Assembly (NCBI GenBank): GCA_963765895.1
Contig: CAVXZB010000087.1
Span: 1-64,000 of the forward strand
DNA: 64,000 bases
Direction: 5' to 3'
Source of the DNA: an uncultured Nitrososphaeraceae archaeon
Lineage (GTDB): Archaea; Thermoproteota; Nitrososphaeria; Nitrososphaerales; Nitrososphaeraceae
Position numbers and translations under genes: made by a program. The notes under the pieces are model-generated. The model worked only from the letters and a program-made list of their open reading frames with translations. It was not told the origin of the DNA and did no database searches. This document shows, piece after piece, positions 46,946 to 57,462 of the stretch. Positions within the stretch are counted from its first letter, which is position 1. Each line of letters opens with the position of its first letter.

Positions 46946-47941
46946 CTATATAGTCTCAGTTCTTACTCTAACACCTTTACCGCGTGCAATCAACCTTATA
47001 GTTGCGCTTAGAGCCAGAATCATAAGAATGAGAACTAGCGCTGCGCCCCAACCAAAAGCATGTGCAGATTCATATGGTTGTGAAGCCAACCTCCATATTC
47101 TCAGGGGCAATGCATCAACTGGACCAGTAAGACCTGTAAAGAAGAGGCTTGTGCCAAGGATTGTCATTATAAGGGGCGCAGTTTCTCCAGCAATTCTCGA
47201 TATAGCCAGAATAACGCCGGTCAGAACTCCATCTTTAGCATTTTTTAGGACTATAAAGAGGGTGATCTTTGCTTTCGAAATCCCTAGAGAATATCCAGCC
47301 TCACGAAATGAATTAGGTACTAGCTTCAACGTTTCTTCTGTTACTCTTGATACAATAGGTATCATTATTATAGATAGTGCAAAAGCACCTGCCAATACAG
47401 AGAAAGAATTTAATGCTAGAACTATTGTCACATATCCTACTATACCAATGACTATAGATGGTAGACCCGTGAGGACATCATTGAATAGCCGAATAATAGT
47501 GGCAAAGAAACTGATTGCTCTTTGTTTTACGCCCTTATCGCTACCAGTTGGAGCAAATTCTGATAGATAGACTCCAGAAAGTACTCCAATAGGAGCTCCT
47601 ATTAAAGACGCCAATCCAACAGTAATTAACGTCCCCTGAATCGCTGGGCCAATTCCCCCCATGTCAGAGCCTATAGAACCTGGCGGTTGTGTGAGAAACT
47701 GAACACTTAATGCAGCTATACCATTTTTAATTACTTCGAACAGAATACTTGCCAAGGGAATTATGGCTCCAATTACAAAAACTATGGCAATAATACTTAC
47801 AACCCTGTCAGTAATTTTCCGTCGAGAAGCGTGTCTTATGGATATCTCCTGAAATATTTGTCTGAAATTACTACCAGAATTAAGTGGTTTTTCTCCTGAG
47901 GATTTGTCCTTCCTAGATGAAGAATAATTACCGCTGCTCAA
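46946..47941 (-). CDS. pstA: Phosphate ABC transporter permease PstA
   Basis: GGIGPAIQGT, GLPSIVIG and RIAGETAPL. Confidence 0.95.
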   Translation of the reverse strand: MSSGNYSSSRKDKSSGEKPLNSGSNFRQIFQEISIRHASRRKITDRVVSIIAIVFVIGAIIPLASILFEVIKNGIAALSVQFLTQPPGSIGSDMGGIGPAIQGTLITVGLASLIGAPIGVLSGVYLSEFAPTGSDKGVKQRAISFFATIIRLFNDVLTGLPSIVIGIVGYVTIVLALNSFSVLAGAFALSIIMIPIVSRVTEETLKLVPNSFREAGYSLGISKAKITLFIVLKNAKDGVLTGVILAISRIAGETAPLIMTILGTSLFFTGLTGPVDALPLRIWRLASQPYESAHAFGWGAALVLILMILALSATIRLIARGKGVRVRTETI

Positions 47942-47946
47942 TCCTC

Positions 47947-48965
47947 TTACTCCCTTCCTCCTGGGCTTACCTTTACCATTCTTGAAACCATGATTCTTGC
48001 TCCAATATTGATAATCATAGTTATAATGAGCAAAATTGCTCCAAGACCGATTAATGCAGATAGTTGTAAATCGGATGATGCTTCGTTAAATTCATTGGCG
48101 ATCAAGCTTGACAGTGTTTGGCTCTGGGAGAATAGTGTAGTTGGAATTGCAGAAGGCCCAATTGCATTTCCAATTATAAGTGTAACAAGCATCGTTTCAC
48201 CTACTGCTCTGCCAAAGCCTAAAATTGAGGCACCTAACAAGCCCGACTTGCCATATGGAAAGACTGCCATTCTGGATGTTTCCCATCTAGTCGCTCCGAG
48301 ACTGTATGCTGCCTCCCTTTGAGAGTCTGGAACTGCCTTCATGACATCTCTGCTGATCGATGAAACAATAGGAATTATCATTATTGCAAGAACTATCCCG
48401 GTGGTAAATACATCAAGACCAAACGGTGCTTGATTAAAAAACGGTATATATGAACCCAAGGTATTGTACAATGGTGTTTCTACCCAATCTTTTATCAAGA
48501 ACCGGAATACAAAGAGAGCCCACAAACCATAGATAATGCTCGGGACAGCTGCTAGTAATTCTATTACAAATGATAGTGGTCCGCTTACTCTGGAAGGGGC
48601 CATTTCAGTCAGAAAATAGGCTATACCCATACTCATAGGTACTCCAATTAGTAATGCAATTCCTGAACTCATCAAAGTTCCGATAATATATGGAAGCGCA
48701 CCATAGGACTCCCGGCCTTCGACTGCATTCCATGCCGTACCAGTCACAAATCCAATAAATCCTTCCTGAGAAAAGATCTTTACAGATCCTGCACCAACCG
48801 AGAACACTACAATAACTATAATGAATAACGTGTAAGCTCGCAGTCCCGAAAACTAGACCATGAAATACTTTGTCACCAACTCTTTTGCTTTTTCGATTAC
48901 CTACAAGAAAAGACGAGACCTTTTCTTTGATCTCTGTAGTTTAAATGAATAGAACCACTTGTCAT
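47947..48965 (-). CDS. pstC: Phosphate ABC transporter permease PstC, 5' frameshifts
   Basis: ELLAAVPSIIYGLW, REAAYSLGATRWE and GRAVGETM; upstream frame VGDKVFHGLVFGTA joins at an AGCT site. Confidence 0.93.
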
Positions 48966-49102
48966 GGATAACTGTCTATTGTTTTTTAAGAATCGATCAT
49001 TATATTAGACTTACATATAGTCATAACATAGATCATAATAGTCTATATAGTAAAACAAAAAGTGGAAGTAAATTATTGTTGTACCATGATACTTAACTGC
49101 AT

Positions 49103-50233
49103 TCAGAGTGGTTTTCCATTAAATGTTAGCGATTTGATTGATTCCTGATCAGCTTTGACAACTTGGTCGGGAAGCGGAACATATCCTAGTTTTGATGCAA
49201 ATTTCTGACCGTCAGTGATTGCCCAGCTTATGAAATCAACTAATGCCTTTGCTTTTGCTTCGTTCATGTTAGGACTCTTACCCAGGTCTTTTGGAAGAAG
49301 CAAGTAGGTAAAGCTTGCAATAGGGTAGGCTCCGCTTCCCTTATCATTAAGTAATGTCACTTTTTCCCACGATGCATCTCCCTTTGGCAGTCCTTTTGAT
49401 GCAACATCAGTTGCCGCTTGCTTTACTGTTTCTAGGGTAGGTTCAACGAATTTGCCTACCTTATTCTGAATAAATGCGTATGGTGTTTTGGTTTGTAGAG
49501 CGTAATTCAGTTCTATATATCCAAGAGTGTTAGGCGAGCCTTTTATTGCATTTGCCACACCTTCATTGCCAGGGGCTCCAACACCACTGGGCCACTGAAC
49601 TGATTTGGAGGCTCCAATAGCTTGATTCCACTGAGGACTTGCCTTCGATAGAAAACTTGTCCACACAAAAGTTGTACCTGATCCGTCTGATCTATGGACT
49701 GTTACGATATTAGCTGCTGGAAGTTTCTTGTCTGGATTTAAGGATTGAATTTGTGGATCATTCCACTTCTTGATTTTTCCTGAAAAGATATCTGCAAGTA
49801 CTGGACCAGTGAGTTTTAGTCCTTTCTCAGGAATTCCTGGAATATTATAGGCTGCTACTACTGAACCAATCGTTTCCGGTATATGTACCGCGTCAGTAGC
49901 CTTTGCTCTTTCTGCAGCATTCAGAGGAGCATCTGAAGCACCAAAATCTACAGTTTTAGCAGTAAATTGTTTGATACCCCCGCCGCTACCTATTGATTGA
50001 TAATTAATATTTACACCTGGCTTTACCTTCTGGTACTCGACTCGCCATGTATCAATTAATGGGAAGGGAAAGGTTGCACCTGCACCATTAATATTTGATT
50101 GACCTGGTGTTTGCATTTGCTTTGGAAGGAGCTGGGCAAACGATCGTTGAGACACGCTCATTGTCATAACTCCAGTAAGGAGTAATGAGGTCATTACTAC
50201 AATTATAACAGAGTTCTTAACGAATTTTGACAT
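49103..50233 (-). CDS. pstS: Phosphate ABC transporter substrate-binding protein PstS
   Basis: GAGATFP, YQSIGSGGG, DFGASD, HRSDGSGTT and AYPIASFTY. Confidence 0.97.
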   Translation of the reverse strand: MSKFVKNSVIIVVMTSLLLTGVMTMSVSQRSFAQLLPKQMQTPGQSNINGAGATFPFPLIDTWRVEYQKVKPGVNINYQSIGSGGGIKQFTAKTVDFGASDAPLNAAERAKATDAVHIPETIGSVVAAYNIPGIPEKGLKLTGPVLADIFSGKIKKWNDPQIQSLNPDKKLPAANIVTVHRSDGSGTTFVWTSFLSKASPQWNQAIGASKSVQWPSGVGAPGNEGVANAIKGSPNTLGYIELNYALQTKTPYAFIQNKVGKFVEPTLETVKQAATDVASKGLPKGDASWEKVTLLNDKGSGAYPIASFTYLLLPKDLGKSPNMNEAKAKALVDFISWAITDGQKFASKLGYVPLPDQVVKADQESIKSLTFNGKPL

Positions 50234-50267
50234 AATTTTTGATAGGATATAGTTAGATATCTTGGTT

Positions 50268-50316
50268 CTGGATAGAGTTCACATAGACCTATGTAGAACT
50301 ATGTAGAACTATGTAC
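50268..50316 (-). promoter_or_regulatory. 10-bp-phased repeat array upstream of pstS (candidate Pho box)
   Basis: CTGGATAG 50268, TCACATAG 50279, CTATGTAG 50289, CTATGTAG 50299, CTATGTAC 50309. Confidence 0.6.
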
Positions 50317-50943
50317 GTATTGTAAATTTGTTTGACTCTCCCTGCCATTGTCCCTATTGGGATATTCACTTTATCCCATGTAATGAATATTTTTATCTAC
50401 GGTACAATATTCTGCTAAATTACATAATCCCGTGTAGGTTATTCTAGGCTATTGTATTAATGTGAGCTGCCCTCTTATTTCCAAGTCAATCTTTCCTTCT
50501 ACTAGCCTGAGATTGGTCTTGCACAGTCATAATCAACTAACAACTAACTTAATAATTTTATACAGAAGTTAACATAAGCAATATAATGCGAATTCTTGTA
50601 TTATCTAAATTTCATTGTTAATATTTCGAACGAATACTTTATGATTTCGATGTCTCGGTATGGATTTGACTAGCTATCTAATTCAAACAAAAGACATTAG
50701 ATAAAGGCTACCAAATCTGCTAGACATTACGAAATTGTGACGCACCGATTGGTATCGCTTAATCAAAAGTTATTTCAGAGTTTAACGTGATAGGTATGTT
50801 GTTTTTAAGTGGATTCATACTGTTCCTGGTTTGAAGCCATGTATCTCAAAACTGATTAGTCACAGTCATCTACCTACTTAATTTCTTTCTCAGGTTTGTA
50901 AATACAAATTCATCATCAACGAATTAATTAATAAGTATGTTTA

Positions 50944-51507
50944 TTGCTAAGAATAGCATTGTCCTTTGGTGTAGATGTACTCGGAGCATTGTCTGAGAAG
51001 CTGAGAAGTCAAAATAATGATACATCAAATTTCTATAGGGATTTTTTAGAATCAACTGAGCAGTATAAGAAAGAAGAACTGGATGAAAAAGAATACGTTT
51101 CTAAATTCTTGAAATATCTCATCTCATTTTCGGCTTCAAATTTTCTTATGATTAGAGTCCTTTTAGAATTGAAAACATCTATCCAAAAAGGGACATCAAT
51201 GAAAGATTCGACAGGTGGTGAAATGCTGCCTGGTTCTGCCTCCAGTGCGACCTCCAGTTCAGGTTTCGGTATTGGAGGCTTTATAGATACTGGTGGCAAT
51301 GTTGGAAAAAATAATACTGGTCGGGAAAATGAGTACGAGGAAGATAAGTATACACTACCAAAACCACAACGTGGTGATGGCTTGTACACTAGAAGATCTA
51401 CAAGCTTAGTAACAAATACACCGAACTATAAAATATGTAATGTATGCAATTCGCAGATTTTGATTAATGCTAAATTCTGTAGTAAGTGTGGACACAGACA
51501 GCAATAG
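50944..51507 (+). CDS. Hypothetical protein with C-terminal zinc ribbon
   Basis: C-terminal CNVCNSQILINAKFCSKCG. Confidence 0.75.
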   Translation: MLRIALSFGVDVLGALSEKLRSQNNDTSNFYRDFLESTEQYKKEELDEKEYVSKFLKYLISFSASNFLMIRVLLELKTSIQKGTSMKDSTGGEMLPGSASSATSSSGFGIGGFIDTGGNVGKNNTGRENEYEEDKYTLPKPQRGDGLYTRRSTSLVTNTPNYKICNVCNSQILINAKFCSKCGHRQQ

Positions 51508-51641
51508 TAACTGAACGTTGTATACAATTTGCCATTTTACAAGAGAATTTAAAATCTCGTTATATCAAGAACATAGAACGTGGACATACTTTAATATCAT
51601 CTGCTCAAAGATAGGATTATTCACAATAATACAAAAGGAAT

Positions 51642-52550
51642 CTAATTTAGATCGAGCCGGTTTTTGAGATCCTTGAATCTATTTCTAATCGTTACCTCAG
51701 TTACGCCGGCGGCCTCCGCAATATCTATCTGGGTTATATTCTCGCCAGAATTTTTGGAAGACAGATAAAGTATTGAACCTGCTAGTCCCATAGGATCCTT
51801 GCCGGCTGATATGCCGCTTTTAGTAACATGATTCATGATATCCATTGCATGCCTCTTTGTTTTCTCACTTAACCTCGTCCTATTAGCTACTTTTGCAATG
51901 CATTTCATTGGGTCTACCATCGGTACTCTAAGATCCAGCTCCAATATTAGCAGCCTAGTAGTCCTTGCTAATTCTTTACGTTTGATATTGTTTAGTACTG
52001 CAATATCGTTTAGCGTTCTTGTAGTCCCCATTTCTCTGCAGGCGATATAAACAGATGCGGCCAATACTGAGGGTATCGTCCTTCCACGCACCAGTCCTCT
52101 TTCCTGAGCCTTTCTATAAATATAAGCAGTCTTTTCCACGATTGGATTTGATAATGCTAATTTATCCTTAACTCTTTCAAGCACACTGAATGCATGGCGC
52201 AAATTTCGATCTGCAGGAGAATAAGCTTGAGTTCTAAAATCCCATGCTCGAAGCCTGTCCATGGTAGAACGAACCGAAGCATCTAATCCACGGCCACTAG
52301 CATCCTTATCTGCACGTCCGATAATGGTGGCAAGCCCCATATCATGTCTCGCCAAAGAGATAGGCATTCCAGCTCGGCTTCTGGTATTTGCCTCATCGAC
52401 GTTAAATGCACGCCATTCGGCACGATTTTCTTGAACATTATCTAATATAACCGCACCACAATTACTACAAATGAGTTCTCCAGACTCTGGATCTGTTATA
52501 GTCTTACCATCTTTATTACACATCTTACAGATAGTTGAATTTTTCATCAT
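51642..52550 (-). CDS. tfb: Transcription initiation factor IIB paralogue
   Basis: Zn ribbon CKMC...GELICSNCG, EWRAF, GLVRGR, GKDPMGLA and AGVTEVTIRNR. Confidence 0.96.
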   Translation of the reverse strand: MMKNSTICKMCNKDGKTITDPESGELICSNCGAVILDNVQENRAEWRAFNVDEANTRSRAGMPISLARHDMGLATIIGRADKDASGRGLDASVRSTMDRLRAWDFRTQAYSPADRNLRHAFSVLERVKDKLALSNPIVEKTAYIYRKAQERGLVRGRTIPSVLAASVYIACREMGTTRTLNDIAVLNNIKRKELARTTRLLILELDLRVPMVDPMKCIAKVANRTRLSEKTKRHAMDIMNHVTKSGISAGKDPMGLAGSILYLSSKNSGENITQIDIAEAAGVTEVTIRNRFKDLKNRLDLN

Positions 52551-52902
52551 CTTTAAGAATAAGTAATATTATTATGACATATCACTTATATAAATATTAT
52601 AAATGGTTCTATCCTATTTTTAAATAAAACTCAACGATTTCTGCTGCTAAACCACAAGGAGAATTTAATTTCATGATAGACTTAAAGATTATTTACAAGC
52701 TATCTTTTTCGATAAGCTATTACGCTTCCATCTAAATTCTTATGAATGGCCTTGCTGGTGCCAACCAGTTTAATCCATTGTCTAGAAACATAAATGGCGT
52801 CTTAAAATTAAAGCCCTGATTAATCTGATAGCAGAGAAAAAAAATGCGCATTATATAGCTAGACTCCGCTAAAAGATTCCACTATGCAGTTCATTATACA
52901 GA

Positions 52903-53472
52903 TTAATTACGGCGACCGGTTAACACCCTGTCTCTAACCTCAGCCAGGATGTCTTCAAGTGTAAGATAGATTTCTAAACAATCAACAAGTTTCTCGTCCA
53001 TTTCAGCTTTTGTTATTTCCCTATAATTTGTATGTCCTGTACAATCATAAGATATCAATTGAATTTTGTCTTCGTTTGTAAAATCCATCTTTGTAAGATA
53101 TCCTTTGGATATATCAAGATTTGAATAAAATAACCAATTTCCGAAATTCATGATCTCTCTAAGTTCGTTTACAAGCTTTGAATATTGCTGGATCAAATCC
53201 GGGTAATTATGCTTTAGAATTTCTTCAAGTATATGAAGAGTTTCCAATGAAACTGAACATCTGCCGTTCAAGAAGAGTGATATGAATTGTTTACGTTTGT
53301 CTTCACTTTCGCTATTAGAGCAAAAATGATATGATATTATCTCTTTAATTATTCCATCTATGGAAACAAAATTAACGAAAAATGCTCCACGGATATTAAC
53401 ATCAAATTCAGTAAGCTTTGCAAGCGGCTTATTTGCATTTGTATTTTCGCTATCCTTATTTGAATTCGACAA
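52903..53472 (-). CDS. Hypothetical protein
   Basis: 189-aa mostly helical ORF with TTG start; no recognised motif. Confidence 0.55.
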   Translation of the reverse strand: MSNSNKDSENTNANKPLAKLTEFDVNIRGAFFVNFVSIDGIIKEIISYHFCSNSESEDKRKQFISLFLNGRCSVSLETLHILEEILKHNYPDLIQQYSKLVNELREIMNFGNWLFYSNLDISKGYLTKMDFTNEDKIQLISYDCTGHTNYREITKAEMDEKLVDCLEIYLTLEDILAEVRDRVLTGRRN

Positions 53473-53818
53473 TTGATTATTTATTAAATATGGACCATAA
53501 ATAATTACTGTAAGTAGGTCTATTGTATTTGTGGGCAGTTTTTATATTAGAATTTAAATTTTATCATACTAGAATGTAGATCTTTTGCGTAATTCAGAGC
53601 TTAATAGAATTATGATATTGGTTTGAAATCACTATTAGCATTATCTAGATGAACTAGATCAGTAAATGCCGATTCACTAACAGAATAACAATTGATCGAA
53701 TGGTATTGCAGATTACATATGATAATATCATATTGACCCGGCATTCATGAGGGATTGTGTAGTATAATGTATATTCGTAAGATTATTATTTTTGGCCTCT
53801 AATTTTAGAATGAATATT

Positions 53819-53893
53819 GCGAAGTTAGCCCAGCCTGGTTAAGGTACGAGCTTCCCAAGCTCGGGATCGCGGGTTCAAATCCCGCACTTCGCA
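53819..53893 (+). tRNA. tRNA-Gly(CCC), intron-less, CCA not encoded
   Basis: Acceptor GCGAAGT/ACTTCGC, anticodon arm CGAGC-TTCCCAA-GCTCG, T arm GCGGG-TTCAAAT-CCCGC, discriminator A. Confidence 0.96.
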
Positions 53894-54187
53894 CCTATTC
53901 GTGCTTTACATGACTGTCAGACTTTCAAACCTTTTGTCATTTTTTGCATAAATTTGTCATTTTTGAAAGCTTTTGCCTTTACTTAACCATTATTTGTATG
54001 ACATCCAAGCTTTTACAAAATTCATATTGCATTATTGATATATCACATGAAACTATTATAGGATTAAAAGTCTAATTTCCGTGCTCCATTACGACAGGGG
54101 AAGTTAGTTTAAATCAAACTGTTATTGGATTGAAAACAGACTTCAACTGGTATCTGGCTCAGCCATAGTGAACGTTTGATAGAAAGT

Positions 54188-54225
54188 CTATATAGATTAG
54201 ATTAGAGGTATATAGTCCTATATGA
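54188..54225 (+). promoter_or_regulatory. 10-bp-phased repeat array upstream of the AbrB-PhoU regulator (candidate Pho box)
   Basis: CTATATAG 54188, TAGATTAG 54198, GTATATAG 54208, CTATATGA 54218. Confidence 0.55.
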
Positions 54226-54249
54226 ACAATTGCCATAACATGTTTATTC

Positions 54250-55416
54250 GTGCATAACATACCCTCTTTATTGAGCTCTTACGATCCTGGCTCTAAAAAC
54301 AGTGAAGTACGTAAAATACAGTTTACTGGTAGATCTACATACATTTTATCACTACCAAAAAAGTGGTTAACCGAAATGCGTCTAAAAGCCGGTGATCCAG
54401 TGGTGATTATTCGTGAGGCAAACAATTCATTATCCATATTACCCGAACCCAAAAGAGGAAGGACAGCGGCCTCAGGTGGTTATCCGGACGAAGTTACTGC
54501 AATAGTACTTCAAAATGAAGACTCGGCATCTTTGAAACGTAAGGTTGTTTCTATATATCTCGCTGGTTATAGTGTCATTCACCTAAAGTCAAAAATAGGA
54601 AGAATTAATCCAATTCAGAGGGATGCTATTAGAGAAGTTATCCGTAGAAATCTGGTGGGAACAGAAATAATTGCTGATGCTTCGGATATTATAACTATTC
54701 AGATTTTAATCAGTATTCCAGAACTATCTGTCAATACAGCTGTCAGAAGGATGTTTCTAATAGCTTCCTCAATGCATAGAGATGCGCTATCATCCTTAGC
54801 TGAATTGAATTATGAAATAGCAGAAGGGGTTATAAAATCAGACGATGAAGTTGATAGATTCAGTCTATATATTTTGAGAAACCTAGTTATAGCATCACAA
54901 AACGAACGAATACTTCGAGAAATAGGTCTGAGAAAACCCTCTGACTGTCTAAGTTACAGAGTCGCCGTAAAGAGCATTGAGAGAATAGCAGATCATGCAT
55001 ATGGAATTGCCGATAGCTGCCTCAAGATTAAGGAAAAAATACCAATTGAGATATTTCGCAAGATAGAGAAAATGAGCGAGATATCACTAACTGCTCTAAA
55101 CGATGCAGTCGAAGCTTTTTTGCGACGGGATTATACACTTGCGGATAAGACTGTGGATAGGGCAAAAAGCTTACGCCAATTAGAAAACGATATAATCTTA
55201 TTATTGGACAAAGAAGAAGAGAAAAAGACTATTCGCAATCCTCTAAGCAATATTAATATCAGACTCATATTAGAAGATATACGACGCACTGCTGAACATT
55301 CAAGTGATATTGCTGAAGCTGCCATGAATCAGACAATAGACGAAATTATTGAAAAGAGCTCATCAGGGGCTTTGCCAGTACTAGAAGAAGTATCTCATAA
55401 TATACCTTCTGTGTAA
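54250..55416 (+). CDS. Phosphate uptake regulator (AbrB/SpoVT DNA-binding domain plus tandem PhoU domains)
   Basis: RKIQFTGRSTYILSLPKKW AbrB motif; DDEVDRF, IERIADHA and IRRTAEH PhoU repeats. Confidence 0.92.
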   Translation: MHNIPSLLSSYDPGSKNSEVRKIQFTGRSTYILSLPKKWLTEMRLKAGDPVVIIREANNSLSILPEPKRGRTAASGGYPDEVTAIVLQNEDSASLKRKVVSIYLAGYSVIHLKSKIGRINPIQRDAIREVIRRNLVGTEIIADASDIITIQILISIPELSVNTAVRRMFLIASSMHRDALSSLAELNYEIAEGVIKSDDEVDRFSLYILRNLVIASQNERILREIGLRKPSDCLSYRVAVKSIERIADHAYGIADSCLKIKEKIPIEIFRKIEKMSEISLTALNDAVEAFLRRDYTLADKTVDRAKSLRQLENDIILLLDKEEEKKTIRNPLSNINIRLILEDIRRTAEHSSDIAEAAMNQTIDEIIEKSSSGALPVLEEVSHNIPSV

Positions 55417-55772
55417 AGAATCATCGCATAGGCCAATTATTTAATATTTCTGAAAATTAGACAAAATATAGTGACTTTGGTTATATTTTAATTAAATACC
55501 AAGTATACTGAACAGCTATTGTAGATTTCATACTCAAGCTGATCTTATATATATTAGTAATTCTTTAAACCTCTAGAAGGTTAAGCTATCGATTGAATTA
55601 TGATCACATTCATTTTTACGTCCGTCACTATATCTCTTATAGTAACGAAAGATAACTAAATTGATTAGAACAGCAAATAGTGTTCTAATAATAGTGAGAA
55701 AATGTAAAAGTAAATAAGAATTCTAATAGGTCTATATCTCTATAAAGGTCGTGCTTAAAATTACACTAAAAT

Positions 55773-57164
55773 ATGACTGGTGGTACAATATTAATTTCTG
55801 GCATAGGCCATATACCGTTTTCCACGTTCGATTCGAGGTCAGGTATTTTTAGGGCACAGGCCTTGTATTATCAAAATATTATAGATTATTTAACACAGAG
55901 TGAATTGTCTTACGAAGATAGAGTCCTAGACCTAGTTCCATCGCCTCAGATATTAATGAACCACAATTTAGATAGTCACAATCACATATTCCTCAGAGAC
56001 TACCAAAAACATGCACTTGACAATTGGGATAAGGCAAATAAAAGAGGCTGCATAGTATTGCCAACTGGGTCGGGTAAAACAGTTATTGGAGTAAAGGCTA
56101 TAGAAAAGGTAAATGCATCATCACTTGTAATAGTACCCACGATCGATCTAATGGATCAATGGACCTCAGTACTTACAAAATTTTTTTCTCATTCTGACAC
56201 AATTAAAATTGGTAATCTAGGTGGAGGATCGGACGATATTCAAGCGATAACGGTTTCGACATACGATTCAGCATATTTAAGGGCGCCCAGTCTAGGTAAC
56301 AGATTTGCTTTAGTGATATTTGATGAAGTTCATCATTTGGCTGCACCCGGTTACAGATCAATCGCTGAACAATTTGCTTCTCCCTTTCGTTTGGGGCTAA
56401 CTGCTACAATCGAAAGAGAAGACGATTTGCATAAGGATTTACCGAGACTTGTTGGCGGTGTAGTATATGAGGCTCATCCTCGAGATCTCGCAAAAAATAG
56501 ACATCTAGCTTTGTATGAAATTCAAAGAAGAGAGGTAAAAATGCTACCTGAGGAGATTGAAGAATATAACAAATGGATTGGCATTTACCGAATTGGACTA
56601 AAAAAAGTAGGATTACGGATGGCATATGCTGGTGCGTTTCAACGACTAATAATGATGTCTGGCAGGAACAAAGTTGCAAGAGAGACAGTCCTTGCTAGAG
56701 GCAGGGCCATTGATATTGCATTAAATAGCAAATCGAAAATCGAAGAATTAAGAAAAATATTAGGTGAAAATCAAGGTCGTAAGACAATTATATTTACTCA
56801 ACACAACAAATTGGTGTATGATATATCAGATAGATTCTTGATACCATTTATTACTCACAAGTCAGGCAAAGATGAGAGGCAAGATGCTTTATCTGGATTT
56901 AAGGATGGGAGGTATAAAGCCATAGTCACATCCAAGGTCTTGGACGAGGGAGTTGATGTTCCAGACGCCGAAGTAGGGATTATTGTTAGCGGAACTGGTA
57001 GTAGTAGAGAATTTATCCAAAGACTTGGAAGATTGCTCCGGCCAAAAGCTAATTCAAACAATAAGGCGACGTTAATAGAAATTATTTCAGCTGATACGCA
57101 TGAAATAAGAACAAGTAATAGAAGGAAGAGGGCTTTTAAAAATACCAATAATGATAGTAATTAA
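55773..57164 (+). CDS. xpb: XPB/Rad25-type SF2 DNA helicase
   Basis: LRDYQ, LPTGSGKT, DEVHH, GLTATIERED (RED motif), LDEGVDVP and IQRLGRLLR. Confidence 0.9.
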   Translation: MTGGTILISGIGHIPFSTFDSRSGIFRAQALYYQNIIDYLTQSELSYEDRVLDLVPSPQILMNHNLDSHNHIFLRDYQKHALDNWDKANKRGCIVLPTGSGKTVIGVKAIEKVNASSLVIVPTIDLMDQWTSVLTKFFSHSDTIKIGNLGGGSDDIQAITVSTYDSAYLRAPSLGNRFALVIFDEVHHLAAPGYRSIAEQFASPFRLGLTATIEREDDLHKDLPRLVGGVVYEAHPRDLAKNRHLALYEIQRREVKMLPEEIEEYNKWIGIYRIGLKKVGLRMAYAGAFQRLIMMSGRNKVARETVLARGRAIDIALNSKSKIEELRKILGENQGRKTIIFTQHNKLVYDISDRFLIPFITHKSGKDERQDALSGFKDGRYKAIVTSKVLDEGVDVPDAEVGIIVSGTGSSREFIQRLGRLLRPKANSNNKATLIEIISADTHEIRTSNRRKRAFKNTNNDSN

Positions 57165-57462
57165 TTCCGAAAATCATACTTTTCATATATACTCTCCAAG
57201 GTGTAAGACTTTCGGAATTTCTGGAAAATTAGGCTCGGTCTGTCAAAAGATTTCCACAGCATACTGTTACTATCTATTTTAACATAAGCAATTAAGAACA
57301 TGCCTATACAATTTAGAAGACGTAGCGTAATTGCCATCGTAAATTATGTGGTTTGAAGCCGTATTCAAGGAATTTGTCGACTATTACTTTCCAAAAAGAC
57401 TATACTACTTTGTGCTCCCAAACTAAAATCAGTATGTACTAACTGCACTGCCTCGTGTGTGG

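Noticed and set aside
50289-50316. Tandem CTATGTAGAA repeat as a CRISPR array
   Set aside because: 10-bp units with no spacers and no cas genes; better explained as a regulatory array.
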